From a virus (taxonomy: Duplodnaviria > Caudoviricetes), in IMG/VR virus record IMGVR_UViG_3300046000_007143, positions 1 through 60,786 of that record: a stretch of 60,786 nucleotides of DNA. One strand, 5' to 3'. Of the stretch, positions 24,803-34,803 are shown one piece after another. A program made the position numbers and the translations under genes. How positions within the stretch are numbered: position 1 is the stretch's first letter; each line of letters opens with the position of its first letter. The notes beneath the pieces are model-generated. The model worked only from the letters and a program-made list of their open reading frames with translations, did not search any database and was not told the DNA's origin.

Positions 24803-26449
24803 CTATCGCCCCTGTGCTTCGTTACGCATGCGGTTGGCCTCAGCCGCGGAATATGGTCGGCCGGCGCGAGCGCGGGCCGCGATGTCGGCGTTGACGGCGC
24901 GGATGCGGGCGATGCGCGCCTGATCGGCGGCACCGCTCTCGCCCCCACCCGCCGCCGGGCTGTTCGCCCCGGCGCCGAAGTGACGTTCAGCGTACCAGCG
25001 ACCAGCCTGCAGGCGTTGCTCGAGCGTAGCGTTCGGGTTGTCGCGCACCCACGCAGCAGCACCCTCTTCAGCCGCAGCCATGCGCGTGCTGTAATCGCGG
25101 ACCAGTCGCCGACGGCGTTCACCAGCGTCACGCACTGGCGCCATCACGTCATCGACCAGCGGACGCAGCGTGCGGTTGTTCATGGTGCGCAGGGTCTGAG
25201 CGCGGCCGGGGCTGATGAGCCCGGCCTGCACGTCGTCGGCAAGCTCGGCTGCGTTCAGGGTGCCGGCCTGCGCATCGTCGCGCAGGGTGTTATAGTGCGT
25301 GGTGTTGGCCAGGTTCTCGGCAGCCGTCGCCGCGCGCTGCTCGGTACGCTCACGCGATTCACGCGACCGGATAGCTCCCAGCACGCGGTTCTTGGCGGCG
25401 TCGTCCAGATCGGTACGCGCCAGAACTTCGGCCTCAGTCACTTCGCCCAGAGACGCATCCAGCACGAGGCTGTCGCGCTCGTCCCGCATCGCCGCCTGGC
25501 GCTGACGTTCTTGCTCCTCCGCCACCCGCCGCTCCTCGCGGTCCGCCGTGCTGAACGCGCGCAACTCGGTCAGAGCGTCGCGGTGCATCTTGGCGAGGCG
25601 GCCCGGATCGACACCCTCGGCAAAGTCGCCGTTCAGCAGCTCCTCGTCGAGGAAGCGCGCGGCGGCGGCATAGCCAGCCAGACCGCGACCCGAGTCGTTG
25701 TACGTCTCGACGGCGTTGCGGTTGATCGTCGCCAGCATCATGCCGTCGCCAAGCATTTCATCGTCAGCGATGCGCTGCTCGGTCGAGTACAGGATCGCCG
25801 GGTTCGCCTCGCGCTGATCCTGCAGGGCAATGTACTCAGCCTGCGTCTCAAGGAACTCCATCGACGACGTATCGCCGCGAGCCGCCAGAGCGACCAGATC
25901 CTCGCCCAGCTTCGCATGCCGCACGCTCAGCGCCTGCACGACCTCCTGATCGTCACGCACCATGCGCGCGCTCGACACAGCCTCCAGCCCACGCGCAGAC
26001 CGCTCGCCGGCATAGGTCTCGACGTCGACGGCGAACTCGGGCGGAGCCTCCTGAATGAAGCCCGACCGCACGCGGCCCATCTCGGCCTCGTACCCCTCCG
26101 GATCGTACCGGAACTGCTGGCGTACCTGCGCCTCGCGCGTGTCGAAGTCCGTCCGCACGCGCGCGGTGTACGCCGTCTGCAGGGCTGCGGTGCGCGCCTC
26201 AGCCACGTCGCCGGTAAACAGGAACCCTCGCTCAGGCATGGGTGCGCCGTCCGCGACAGCCGCACCCTCGACCGCTCCGCGCTGCTGCGCACGGCGGATC
26301 AGGTTCGTCTTGTTCGCCTCTTCGTATTTCTTGAGGATGCGCTCGCCCGTCTGGAACACATCACCCTCGCCGGTGCGGAAGTCCGCGCCGGGGGTGATGT
26401 TGGACAGGACCATGCCCCTGCCCTGTTGTGCGCTTTGACCGGTAGCCAT
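24803..26449 (-). CDS. Internal virion protein (gp15 position)
   Basis: 548 aa, helical and Ala/Arg-rich; synteny. Confidence 0.7.
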   Translation of the reverse strand: MATGQSAQQGRGMVLSNITPGADFRTGEGDVFQTGERILKKYEEANKTNLIRRAQQRGAVEGAAVADGAPMPERGFLFTGDVAEARTAALQTAYTARVRTDFDTREAQVRQQFRYDPEGYEAEMGRVRSGFIQEAPPEFAVDVETYAGERSARGLEAVSSARMVRDDQEVVQALSVRHAKLGEDLVALAARGDTSSMEFLETQAEYIALQDQREANPAILYSTEQRIADDEMLGDGMMLATINRNAVETYNDSGRGLAGYAAAARFLDEELLNGDFAEGVDPGRLAKMHRDALTELRAFSTADREERRVAEEQERQRQAAMRDERDSLVLDASLGEVTEAEVLARTDLDDAAKNRVLGAIRSRESRERTEQRAATAAENLANTTHYNTLRDDAQAGTLNAAELADDVQAGLISPGRAQTLRTMNNRTLRPLVDDVMAPVRDAGERRRRLVRDYSTRMAAAEEGAAAWVRDNPNATLEQRLQAGRWYAERHFGAGANSPAAGGGESGAADQARIARIRAVNADIAARARAGRPYSAAEANRMRNEAQGR

Positions 26450-26896
26450 CTATCGGCCTCCGCCGCCGGAGCCAGCCGACACGGCGTTCGAGATGCCGTC
26501 GACCAGCGTGCCTCCCGCCTGCAGCCAACCCGACAAGTTGGCGTTGGACGCAGCACGGCGGCGCATCGTGGCGGAGGTGCGCAGCGAGTAGGCCTGATTT
26601 TTGAAGCCCAGGTTCTCGGCGCCCTCGTCGACCACCGACTGACGACGCAGTTCTCGCTCGACCGCAATGCCCGACGGGCTGTCCAGCGACAGACCCTTGG
26701 CCGAGCGGTTGGCGGTCCACGCAGCGATGCCGGCACGCAGTTCCTCGCGACGCCGGGCCGAAGCCTGCGTGGCCTGCAGGTCAACGTCGCCCGCCTGACG
26801 CTTCAGCATCAGGCTTTCCATGCCGAGTTGCTTGGCTTGAGCGCGGCCCTGACCGACCTGCATGATCGCGGAGAAGAGTGGGGTCGACTGGCCCAT
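26450..26896 (-). CDS. Internal virion protein (gp14 position)
   Basis: 148 aa, AKGLSLDSPS motif; synteny. Confidence 0.7.
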   Translation of the reverse strand: MGQSTPLFSAIMQVGQGRAQAKQLGMESLMLKRQAGDVDLQATQASARRREELRAGIAAWTANRSAKGLSLDSPSGIAVERELRRQSVVDEGAENLGFKNQAYSLRTSATMRRRAASNANLSGWLQAGGTLVDGISNAVSAGSGGGGR

Positions 26897-28998
26897 CAGC
26901 TTGTGACTTCCATTGTGACAGACCGGATCTGCAGCGGGCCGCCGACGGTCTGTTGAATCGTGAACGTCGGGTATTTGCCGCGACCCAGCGGGCGGAAGCG
27001 ACGCACGCCGGTTTGAGAGCCAGTGCTGCCGCCGATCGACCCGACCCAGCCGGACGGGTTGCGACCGTTGCCGGTGAACCCGGTCGAGTTGACCGCATCC
27101 ACATCGACGCGCGTGATCTTGTAGTTCGGACGCAGGCCCATCTGCTGATCGACCGGCGGCACGCCCTCGACCGTCACGGTGAAGTCCAGCCCCACCTGCA
27201 CGGCGCCGAAGCTGTCATCGACGCCGACCAGAACCCCATCGCCGCCCACCGCGAACTCGCCGATCTTGTCGTCGCCATCCCAGACGCCGACCGTGTGTCC
27301 GGCGTACTGCGTCACCGGCGTCGTGATGGCCGCGAGCGAGATCATGCCGTCTGCCCACGCCGTTGAGGAAAACTTTTCCAGCCGGAAGGTCGTCGAGCCG
27401 TTGATCGTGCGCTCCGCCACCGCGTACAGGGAACCGCCCGCATAGACGAGCGAGCGCCACGAGCCGACGGTCGACCACACGCCCCAGGCTGAGAACTGCG
27501 CGCTGCGGCGGAACGTCAGAACGGCCATGTCGCCGGCGCTGTTGAGCACCGGCACGAGGCGGTCGCTCTCGGTGCCGGCCGCCATCAGCTCCATCTCGAC
27601 CGGCGTGCCCATCAGGTGATAGGCCAGCTCGGACAGGTCGCTGATGTCCCACGAACGGCGGACGTTGCCGGTCGGGATGCAGATCATGGCGCGCCCGCTG
27701 TCGCGCTCGATGAACATCTTGCCCTCGGTCACGTCCAGCGGCACGGGATCGCCAGCCGCTTCCGGCCCGATCTTCAGCAGTTCGAAGTTGGTCGGCGACA
27801 GGGGCGCGGCCACCTGCTCGGGGACGTAATAGACGCCGCCTTCGGTGAAGAGCAGAAGCTGCTCGGTCGACCCGAAGTGACGCAGCCCCAGGGACGTCTC
27901 GCGACCGACACGCTCGATGATCGCGTCCGTCTCCAGACCGGTGCCGGTGTTGAAGTCCGTGATGTCGCCGGTCGAGCTCGCAGCCATTACGTTCTGCGCA
28001 GCCGGGAAGTCGCCCAGCATGAGGCGGTTGCGGTGAAGCGCGCATGCACCGGGGTATCCGCGCTCGACACCGATCAGCGCCTCGTCCCACTCGGTCGTCG
28101 CGGCTGGGGTCGCTGACGGGGTTATCGAGCTGATCGCGCTCTTGGCTGTCGGGCCGATCAGATCCTCAGTCGCGTCGAAATAGGTGTAGCCGTCCAGCAG
28201 TTGAATGGTCAGGCTCGACCCGCTCGGCACGCCAGCAACAACGCCGGTCACCTGCGAGTCCTCGCCCTGCACCTCTTGCCCGACGAGGAAGCCGGTCGAT
28301 GATGCGACGTTCACGGTGTAGGTGCGGTACAGCGCGCCGATGACGGTGCCGGTCGCGGTATCGGCGTCGGTCACCGCGGTCACGGCGATCTCGATGCCCG
28401 TGTAGCGCAGGCGCGTGCCGACATGGTCCGCGGTGAAGAACGACGCACTGGTCTCCAGCGTCACGCCAGATCCGGAATAGGTGCTCGGCGTCAGGCTCAC
28501 GCCACGCGCGGCGAAGCGCCAGTACGGCTGCAGCTTCGACCCGTTCAGGCCATCGGCGAAGCTCAGAGTCGAAATCGCCCAGGTCGAGCCGGTCAGGGTC
28601 AGAATACGCGGCGCGAACGCCCGGCTGCAGACGACGATCTTGCCGTCCTCGATCGCGATCTGCATTGTGAAGAGGTCAGCAGCGACCCACGGCACGGACG
28701 AGCTGATCGTCTGGATGACCGCGCCGGCCAGATCGCGGACCTCGAACACGCCATTGCTGAACAGCAGCAGACGCGCATCGTCGGTGCCGACGCCATAGGT
28801 TTCCAGCCGCGTCAGCGCCGAAAGCGCCGCAACGTGCGTGGTGCCGTAGCGCCGGCGGAACCCGCCGCCGGCAAGCGTCTGCGCATTGCGGAACTGGCGA
28901 CAAGCCTCATTGCGAACCTGCAGGTCGGTCCGCATCTGGTATTCCTCGGCGATCTCTCCCGCCGCGAAACTGGTGATGAAGGGGAAGCGCCTAGCCAC
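26896..28998 (-). CDS. Tail tubular protein B / nozzle (T7 gp12-like)
   Basis: SFAAGEI...GGFRRRYGT, GYPGACALHRNRL; GTG start at 28998. Confidence 0.85.
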   Translation of the reverse strand: MARRFPFITSFAAGEIAEEYQMRTDLQVRNEACRQFRNAQTLAGGGFRRRYGTTHVAALSALTRLETYGVGTDDARLLLFSNGVFEVRDLAGAVIQTISSSVPWVAADLFTMQIAIEDGKIVVCSRAFAPRILTLTGSTWAISTLSFADGLNGSKLQPYWRFAARGVSLTPSTYSGSGVTLETSASFFTADHVGTRLRYTGIEIAVTAVTDADTATGTVIGALYRTYTVNVASSTGFLVGQEVQGEDSQVTGVVAGVPSGSSLTIQLLDGYTYFDATEDLIGPTAKSAISSITPSATPAATTEWDEALIGVERGYPGACALHRNRLMLGDFPAAQNVMAASSTGDITDFNTGTGLETDAIIERVGRETSLGLRHFGSTEQLLLFTEGGVYYVPEQVAAPLSPTNFELLKIGPEAAGDPVPLDVTEGKMFIERDSGRAMICIPTGNVRRSWDISDLSELAYHLMGTPVEMELMAAGTESDRLVPVLNSAGDMAVLTFRRSAQFSAWGVWSTVGSWRSLVYAGGSLYAVAERTINGSTTFRLEKFSSTAWADGMISLAAITTPVTQYAGHTVGVWDGDDKIGEFAVGGDGVLVGVDDSFGAVQVGLDFTVTVEGVPPVDQQMGLRPNYKITRVDVDAVNSTGFTGNGRNPSGWVGSIGGSTGSQTGVRRFRPLGRGKYPTFTIQQTVGGPLQIRSVTMEVTS

Positions 28999-29605
28999 GA
29001 AGCGCCGTCCGCGACGGACGCGAGCCGCGCCACGCCTCGGCCAGCGGGACGAACTCAATGCTGACGCCGGGCTCCTGGCGCTTGTCGCGGATGATCGCGT
29101 CGCGCATCAGCACGTCGGCGTCACGGGTCTTCAGGCGCGCGTCCTGCGGCTTGTCGCACAGGGCCTCGAGGAACAGCGCCTGCATGCGCACGACGACGGC
29201 CTCGGAGAAGTCGCCGGGCCACATCGACTCATCAGCGCGCACAGTGGCCACGACCTGCAGATCGCTGTTCGAGCGCGTCAGAACCCGGCCGCTCTCGATC
29301 GCGTACTCGCCGGCACGCAGCCGAACACCGTCCTGCATGATGTAGCGGACGTTCATGACCGTCGAAGGCCACACGAACGCGTGCAGGTACGGCCCCAGCT
29401 CAACCTCGCCCTGATAGGTCAGGTCCAGCGTCTGCTTGGCGAAGGTCCATGCATGGCGCGCGAAGAAGCTGCGGACGATGCCCTCGTAGTTCGACGACGC
29501 GACACGGGCACCGGACGAGTCATCGTCCAGCGACGTGATCTCCTCCTCGCCAATGCGGTGAAGGGCGGCCTGAACGACCTCGATGGGGGCGGAGAAGGCA
29601 GGCAT
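28991..29605 (-). CDS. Tail tubular protein A / adaptor (T7 gp11-like)
   Basis: ALHRIGEEEITSLDD...HAWTFA. Confidence 0.85.
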   Translation of the reverse strand: MPAFSAPIEVVQAALHRIGEEEITSLDDDSSGARVASSNYEGIVRSFFARHAWTFAKQTLDLTYQGEVELGPYLHAFVWPSTVMNVRYIMQDGVRLRAGEYAIESGRVLTRSNSDLQVVATVRADESMWPGDFSEAVVVRMQALFLEALCDKPQDARLKTRDADVLMRDAIIRDKRQEPGVSIEFVPLAEAWRGSRPSRTALRG

Positions 29606-29634
29606 AGGCGCAGGTTGCGCGCGGGCGGTGGTGG

Positions 29635-29647
29635 CTCAACGCACGGG
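29635..29647 (-). promoter_or_regulatory. Late promoter motif (tail operon, leaderless)
   Basis: CCCGTGCGTTGAG, 30 nt from ATG 29605. Confidence 0.75.
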
Positions 29648-29648
29648 C

Positions 29649-29682
29649 AAAAAAGAACCCCCGCCGCGAACGACGAGGGTTC
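29649..29682 (-). terminator. Rho-independent terminator after the capsid operon
   Basis: Minus strand GAACCCTCGTCG-TTCG-CGGCGGGGGTTC followed by TTTTTT. Confidence 0.88.
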
Positions 29683-29707
29683 AGTTCAGCCCCACCCGGA
29701 GAGAGTG

Positions 29708-30097
29708 TTACTTTGCGCGCTTGTCCCAGGCCGTATCGACCTCTTCGGTGAAGACGGGATAGCCCACGATGTTCTCGACCGCCGAGCATTTCGGCCGCCC
29801 GACGCGCGGGCCGCCCTTCACGAAGTCATGCTCGTTCAACAGGTCCAGCGCAGCCGCGATGTCGGCGTCACGCTTTTCCTGATCGGCACGCGGCTCGTCA
29901 GCGACGGCGACAGGGGCCTGAGCGGGAACGGCGAGCTTGCCGTCCCACAGATCCTTGTCGACGTACCGCGGCGCTCCATCATGAGCCGGCGAGGCCAGCG
30001 TCAGGATCTCACGCGCGATATGAAGGATGCAGATGTGGTCCTCGCCGGTCTCCCGATCGACGAGGGCCACATTGCCTGCAGGGTCCAGAACCTTCAT
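29708..30097 (-). CDS. Hypothetical head-region protein
   Basis: ORF between the decoration gene and the terminator. Confidence 0.7.
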   Translation of the reverse strand: MKVLDPAGNVALVDRETGEDHICILHIAREILTLASPAHDGAPRYVDKDLWDGKLAVPAQAPVAVADEPRADQEKRDADIAAALDLLNEHDFVKGGPRVGRPKCSAVENIVGYPVFTEEVDTAWDKRAK

Positions 30098-30107
30098 GCG
30101 TCAGGCC

Positions 30108-30563
30108 TTAGCAGCCCAGCCGGTCGAGGCCGACGAGAGCGGTGTAGTTGATGCCGGTGGCGATGGCGCCGGCGACATCCGTGTAAACGCGCAGGTATGG
30201 GTAGGTCACCCCGTTCTGCTCGTTGATGAACGGCAGCTCGTAGCGGCCGGTCGTCGAGTCGATGGCGCCGCCAGGGTTCACCTCGGTCGCGCCCAGGGAC
30301 AGGATCGCGAGGTTCTGCACGTCGGAGGCGAAGGTGGCCGAGGTCGAGCCCTGCACGCAGATGCGATAGACCTCGTCGTTCGAGGCGATCTCGATGGCCG
30401 TGACGTCGACCACGAGAACGCCGCGGTAGGCGGCCTCGCCGACGGCCAGCACCTTGGCGGAGCCGGAGACCGTGGCAGCGGCATCAGCCGCGACCAGGCC
30501 GGCGTCCTTCAGGAGCTGGTCGGCGTCGTAGGTGTAGGAGCGGATTTGAGTTGCGGTAGCCAT
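30108..30563 (-). CDS. Putative capsid cement/decoration protein
   Basis: Beta-rich 151 aa directly after the MCP, PYLRVY motif; position as in BPP-1/epsilon15. Confidence 0.65.
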   Translation of the reverse strand: MATATQIRSYTYDADQLLKDAGLVAADAAATVSGSAKVLAVGEAAYRGVLVVDVTAIEIASNDEVYRICVQGSTSATFASDVQNLAILSLGATEVNPGGAIDSTTGRYELPFINEQNGVTYPYLRVYTDVAGAIATGINYTALVGLDRLGC

Positions 30564-30576
30564 GTTCGTGCGCCCC

Positions 30577-31500
30577 TTAAGCCGTGATCGCGGCGTTGGT
30601 GATGGAGGTCAGGCGGGTCACGGCGTACGGGTTCTCGATGCACATGCCGGGATACCACTCGATGCGGGTGCGGTGCTTGGGCTCCGACTGCAGCTCGCCC
30701 AGATCCTTGACGGTCATGCCGCCCATCTGGATGCCGCAGACGTGGCCCTCCTTCAGCGAGACGACGTACAGCGAGGTGCAGACGGCAGAGCCGCCGCCCG
30801 AGCCGGTCTCGGTGAAAGGCAGGATGCGGCTGTCCGGGCCGGCCTCGTAGCCGACGAGGAACTGCTTGCCGTCATACTGGATGACGTCGCGGCCGAACTC
30901 GTCCTTGGCCAACTGCAGGTTGCCGGACAAGGTCTGGTTCCGCATCGTCTGCTTGAACCAGGTCCGCATCGAGCGGTTCATGATGATGTGCGTCGGGTCG
31001 ACCGTGGCGTCCAGCGCGTCGTCCAGCGCCTTCAGCGACAGGGCGGCACCGCCGGAAGCGGCCGAGTTGGCGATGACCTGACCACCGCGCACGCGACGCG
31101 ACAGGCCGTCGAACGACTTGGGGTTGGCCGAGTTGTCGCCGCTGATGATGGCGGAGGTCACGGCGCGAGCCATCGACTTGATCTTGCGGCTCTCTTCGCG
31201 CGAGCGGCGCGAGGGGTCCATCGCGATCAAGAAGTTGTCGACGTCGGCCTCACCGCCGGCGATGAACAGTTGCTCGACCTGGGGGTTCTCGATCGACGTG
31301 TCGGCGGTGTACGACTCGTTGATGCCGCGGAACGCGATGCCCGGCAGCGAACCTTCAAGCGTGTACTGGTAGGGGCCGCCCGTGGTCTTCCACGGCATTG
31401 CGCCGAGAATGTCCGAGGAAGCCGCATAGAGCTCGACGACGGCCCGAGAGACCGGGTTGTCGATGCCCTTGGCGTATTCGTTGAGAGTGATGGCGGCCAT
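30577..31500 (-). CDS. Major capsid protein (epsilon15/BPP-1-type)
   Basis: LPGIAFRGINE, EADVD, IISGD...PKSFDGLSRR. Confidence 0.88.
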   Translation of the reverse strand: MAAITLNEYAKGIDNPVSRAVVELYAASSDILGAMPWKTTGGPYQYTLEGSLPGIAFRGINESYTADTSIENPQVEQLFIAGGEADVDNFLIAMDPSRRSREESRKIKSMARAVTSAIISGDNSANPKSFDGLSRRVRGGQVIANSAASGGAALSLKALDDALDATVDPTHIIMNRSMRTWFKQTMRNQTLSGNLQLAKDEFGRDVIQYDGKQFLVGYEAGPDSRILPFTETGSGGGSAVCTSLYVVSLKEGHVCGIQMGGMTVKDLGELQSEPKHRTRIEWYPGMCIENPYAVTRLTSITNAAITA

Positions 31501-31515
31501 GTTTGGTAGATCCCC

Positions 31516-32259
31516 TTATCCGGCCTTGATGGCGCGGGCGGCTGCGAGACGTTGTTCGACAGGAAGTTCGGCGATGGTCTCGTCGTAGGACGAGGCGCCG
31601 GCGGCGGGCGGTGCAGCCGAGATGGCAGCGCCGGTTAGTTTCGAGACGAGGGCTTCGAGCGCGATGACCGCGTCGGCGGAGCGCGTCGACTGGCGAAGGG
31701 CATTGGCCGCGTCAGCGCCCACGGCGGCGACGAGGGACGAGTGAATGGCGCCGGTGCGCTTGACGTGCTCTGAGCCCAGCTTGGCCTGCTCGGCAACGAC
31801 ATGTGCCTGCTCAGCCTTGGCGGCCTCAACCTCCAGCTTGGTGAAGGCGGCCAGAAGCTTCTCGACGCCGGCCTGCGGGACGCCGCATTCGTGCAACACC
31901 GGGAGGACAGCCTGCGCCAGCGGGTCGGTCGGGTCGAACTGGACGGGCTTGCCGTCAAGGCCGACGATGTCCTCGCCCAGCTTGAGCTCGTACTTGTCAG
32001 CGGTTTCGGGCAGGCCTTCGCGGCGCGCCACGTCGGCGGCCTCAAGCTCAGCAAGGCGCGAGAAGGCCTCGGGCTTGATGGCGTTGGTGTCGGCGTCCCA
32101 GTAGGTTTCAGGCAGGGCGTCCGGGCGCTGAGGCGCGGCGGCTTCAGCCGGAGCGGCGGCCATCAGGCTCGCGTCGACGGCAGGAGACACCGGCACGCTC
32201 GTCGCGGCGGTGGTCTCGGTCGTCTCGGTCGTCTCGGTAGTGGCGGTTGTGTCCGTCAT
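31516..32259 (-). CDS. Capsid scaffolding protein
   Basis: Acidic and Ala-rich, PETADKYEL motif, upstream of the MCP. Confidence 0.75.
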   Translation of the reverse strand: MTDTTATTETTETTETTAATSVPVSPAVDASLMAAAPAEAAAPQRPDALPETYWDADTNAIKPEAFSRLAELEAADVARREGLPETADKYELKLGEDIVGLDGKPVQFDPTDPLAQAVLPVLHECGVPQAGVEKLLAAFTKLEVEAAKAEQAHVVAEQAKLGSEHVKRTGAIHSSLVAAVGADAANALRQSTRSADAVIALEALVSKLTGAAISAAPPAAGASSYDETIAELPVEQRLAAARAIKAG

Positions 32260-32290
32260 GGCCGGGACCGTGCGGTCGAGCGGTTCGAGC

Positions 32291-32303
32291 TTCAACGCAC
32301 GGG
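32291..32303 (-). promoter_or_regulatory. Late promoter motif (scaffold-capsid, leaderless)
   Basis: CCCGTGCGTTGAA, 32 nt from ATG 32259. Confidence 0.75.
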
Positions 32304-32305
32304 CC

Positions 32306-32566
32306 TCATGATGCGGGCACGCCCTTGGCGATCAGCTTCTGGACCAGACGCCGCGCGCCCTCAGCGTCACGCAGGGCCGCCTCGCTGCATCCGAGAGGCG
32401 TTGCTGCACTCACCTCGTCCTGCAGCCAGGCGAGGATGCGCTGGCCGTCGACGCTCGCCAGCATGTGCCGGCGGATGACGGACTCGATGGTTTCCTCTTG
32501 CGAGGCGATCGACGCCGGCTGCGCACCAGAGGCGCGGAGCCGGTCAAACCTACGCGGCCCCGACAT
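32306..32566 (-). CDS. Bbp19-like small protein
   Basis: DGQRILAWL...EGARRLV, between portal and scaffold. Confidence 0.65.
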   Translation of the reverse strand: MSGPRRFDRLRASGAQPASIASQEETIESVIRRHMLASVDGQRILAWLQDEVSAATPLGCSEAALRDAEGARRLVQKLIAKGVPAS

Positions 32567-34073
32567 CGCCCATGCCTCCGCCTTGCGCCATCGCAGCCGC
32601 GGCCTGCTCGGCCATGATCTGCTCGTCGGACTTCATCACGATGTGCCGCTCCTTGGCCGTCGCGATCAGGTTCTCCATCGTGCCCTTGGCGTCGATCGGA
32701 ACGCCGACCTGCAGGGCAGCGCCGATGCTGGCGCCGAACGACAGCACCTGACCGGTCAGGTTCATGTCCTCCAGATCCTTGGCCTTCGACAGCGGGCTGA
32801 TCGGTCGGCAGTTGACGACCTTGCCGCCCTTCAGCTTGACCTCTGGCAGCACGCCGCGCTTGGCGAGAATCCACGCCACGCGCTCGATGATGGGCAGAAC
32901 CCACTCGCGGACGCAGCGGTCGCGAGGCAGTTCCTTGCGGCGCGTGTTCCACGCCTTCTCGTCCATCCACTGACCGAGCGTCGGCGGGGTATCGCCGGGC
33001 TGCTCGGGGCGGTCCTGGTAGCAGGCGCGCTTGATACCCTTGCGCATCTCGTCGGCGGCGAAAAACGAGGCATCGAACCGCACGTCTGGCAGGAAGGCCT
33101 CGGGCGCCTTGGATTGCGGCGCGCGAGCGAAGCCCTTGCCGGGCTCCATGCCGCCGTCGAAATTGGCGAGGCCGTCTTCCTCGTAGGAGAACGCCGGGTC
33201 GATCGTGCGGCCCAGCCCCTTCAGGTTCAGGTACGCAAGCTCATCCAGCACGCGCGCGCGCGGCGTCGCCTTCTTGAACGGCCCCGGACCCCAAGCGGAA
33301 TCGGCCTGCTGGCGGAACCGGCAGGTGATGATCGGGCACGAGCCGGCGCCCTCATAGGTGAACTTCACCCGCTCCTTGTCGTCGACGAAGATGCGGTAGT
33401 TCCAACGCTCGACGCCGGGGGTCGACCAGTCGCGGTCGCAGCCCTCGACGACGCTCTGCTTCTTGTCCTTGTTGCCGCCGCGGAACGGAGGGAAGTACAT
33501 TCCCATCGACGCGCCCCAGAGCATGTTCTGCTCTGCCTGGGTCAGCTTCATCTCGCGCCACTTGCCGGTCACGGACCCATCGGGGCCACGCTCCATCAGC
33601 AGGTCGGGGATCTCGATCGGCTGGAAGTGCAGCGGGTTCAGCGGACCCATGTCCGACAGGGCGACGGCCATCGCCGACACGCCCCAGTACGCGAAGCACT
33701 CCTGCGCGGCGTCCCAGTAGTTTGACCGTTCCAGTTCCGCAAACACGGCGTCACCGATCGCGGCGAGCTGCGGCGCAATCTCGCGCTGCTGGCCCTCCGA
33801 CAGGTCGTCCGCCGGCTCGAACATCACCCACCGCTCGTGGCGAGGCGTGAAGGTCGAGATCATGTCGGACGCAAAGTCCTCGGCGACGATCTCCAGCTCG
33901 TTGTCGAACTGGTCGTCCTGCTCCTCAATGCGAAGCGAGGTGTCGGATCGCTCGTTGCATCGACGATAGGTCGGCAGGGCGAGCCGAAGCGTCTCGTCAA
34001 TCCATGTGGCGTGGCGCGCCTTGTCCTGCTTCGCCGCAGCGATACGGGCGAGGATCTGCTTGGGGGTCGTCAT
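32550..34073 (-). CDS. Portal (head-tail connector) protein
   Basis: 507 aa; FAELERSNY, WGPGP, ISPLSKA features of T7 gp8-like portals; synteny. Confidence 0.88.
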   Translation of the reverse strand: MTTPKQILARIAAAKQDKARHATWIDETLRLALPTYRRCNERSDTSLRIEEQDDQFDNELEIVAEDFASDMISTFTPRHERWVMFEPADDLSEGQQREIAPQLAAIGDAVFAELERSNYWDAAQECFAYWGVSAMAVALSDMGPLNPLHFQPIEIPDLLMERGPDGSVTGKWREMKLTQAEQNMLWGASMGMYFPPFRGGNKDKKQSVVEGCDRDWSTPGVERWNYRIFVDDKERVKFTYEGAGSCPIITCRFRQQADSAWGPGPFKKATPRARVLDELAYLNLKGLGRTIDPAFSYEEDGLANFDGGMEPGKGFARAPQSKAPEAFLPDVRFDASFFAADEMRKGIKRACYQDRPEQPGDTPPTLGQWMDEKAWNTRRKELPRDRCVREWVLPIIERVAWILAKRGVLPEVKLKGGKVVNCRPISPLSKAKDLEDMNLTGQVLSFGASIGAALQVGVPIDAKGTMENLIATAKERHIVMKSDEQIMAEQAAAAMAQGGGMGDVGAA

Positions 34074-34381
34074 CAGTACAGGACCGCGAGGCTGCGATCG
34101 AAGCCGCTGCCGCGGGAAGACCCACCCGACCCGGTCGCTCCGCTGAAGACAGAGCCCATGCCGCCAGACACGCCGGCGCCCGGACTTGTCGGGCCGCCCG
34201 CGATCGGAACAGACCCCCCGCCGCCCAGCGAGCCGAATCGGCGGTTACGCCGGCCTGTTGCGCCCAGCAGCCAGGCTTGGGTCTCTTCCGTGCGTGCGTT
34301 CTCAGCCCGACGCTCCTCACGCTCGCGCGCGGCTTTCGTGGCCGGATCTTCTTCGGGAAGCGTGACCTTCGGAGTCCTCAT
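34073..34381 (-). CDS. Small Gly-rich virion assembly protein
   Basis: MRTPKVTLPEEDPA...; coupled overlaps; directly upstream of the portal. Confidence 0.6.
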   Translation of the reverse strand: MRTPKVTLPEEDPATKAAREREERRAENARTEETQAWLLGATGRRNRRFGSLGGGGSVPIAGGPTSPGAGVSGGMGSVFSGATGSGGSSRGSGFDRSLAVLY

Positions 34382-34803
34382 GCCTGCCTGCTCTCGAACG
34401 CGGGTCGCGCACCTTGAGCAAGCAGATCGCGGTAGAAGGCCTCCGGTCTCAACGCACGGGACCGCGCGCCGACGAGATGGGCGACAGCCGGCGTGCACCA
34501 GAACCCGACGCGGAGCGCCGGATCGCCCGGCTCCTCGGTCGGCTCGAACTCGAGGATGCGGCGGTTGTCCGGCAGGGCCGCGACCCACGCGTCCATCTGG
34601 CTTGGCGTCATGACCCGGATCAGGGTCCGGCGCGTGGTCACATCGTACAGAATCCACGCCGCCTGATCGGCGCAGTAGCCGAACGCGGCGACATGGCGGA
34701 ATCCATCGCGGCAAAGGCGGGACCACCAGTACTGCTGCCCGTCGTTGTAGAAGGCGACGAACCAGTTGGGCGGCATACCTGAGAGCGCATCGACCTCTGT
34801 CAT
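34378..34803 (-). CDS. Conserved phage hypothetical protein
   Basis: GFRHV...W.LYD motif, coupled to the terL stop. Confidence 0.7.
   Translation of the reverse strand: MTEVDALSGMPPNWFVAFYNDGQQYWWSRLCRDGFRHVAAFGYCADQAAWILYDVTTRRTLIRVMTPSQMDAWVAALPDNRRILEFEPTEEPGDPALRVGFWCTPAVAHLVGARSRALRPEAFYRDLLAQGARPAFESRQA
34448..34460 (-). promoter_or_regulatory. Late promoter motif embedded in coding sequence (portal operon)
   Basis: CCCGTGCGTTGAG. Confidence 0.6.

Noticed and set aside
18200-26956. Very long plus-strand ORFs (18200..20527, 20780..22693, 22967..26956; likewise 34854..36479, 32247..33725)
   Set aside because: Antisense shadows of well-supported minus-strand structural genes in high-GC DNA; no recognisable motifs
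32205-32250. Short tandem repeat (GTCTCGGT-like)
   Set aside because: Encodes the low-complexity TETTETTET N-terminus of the scaffold protein
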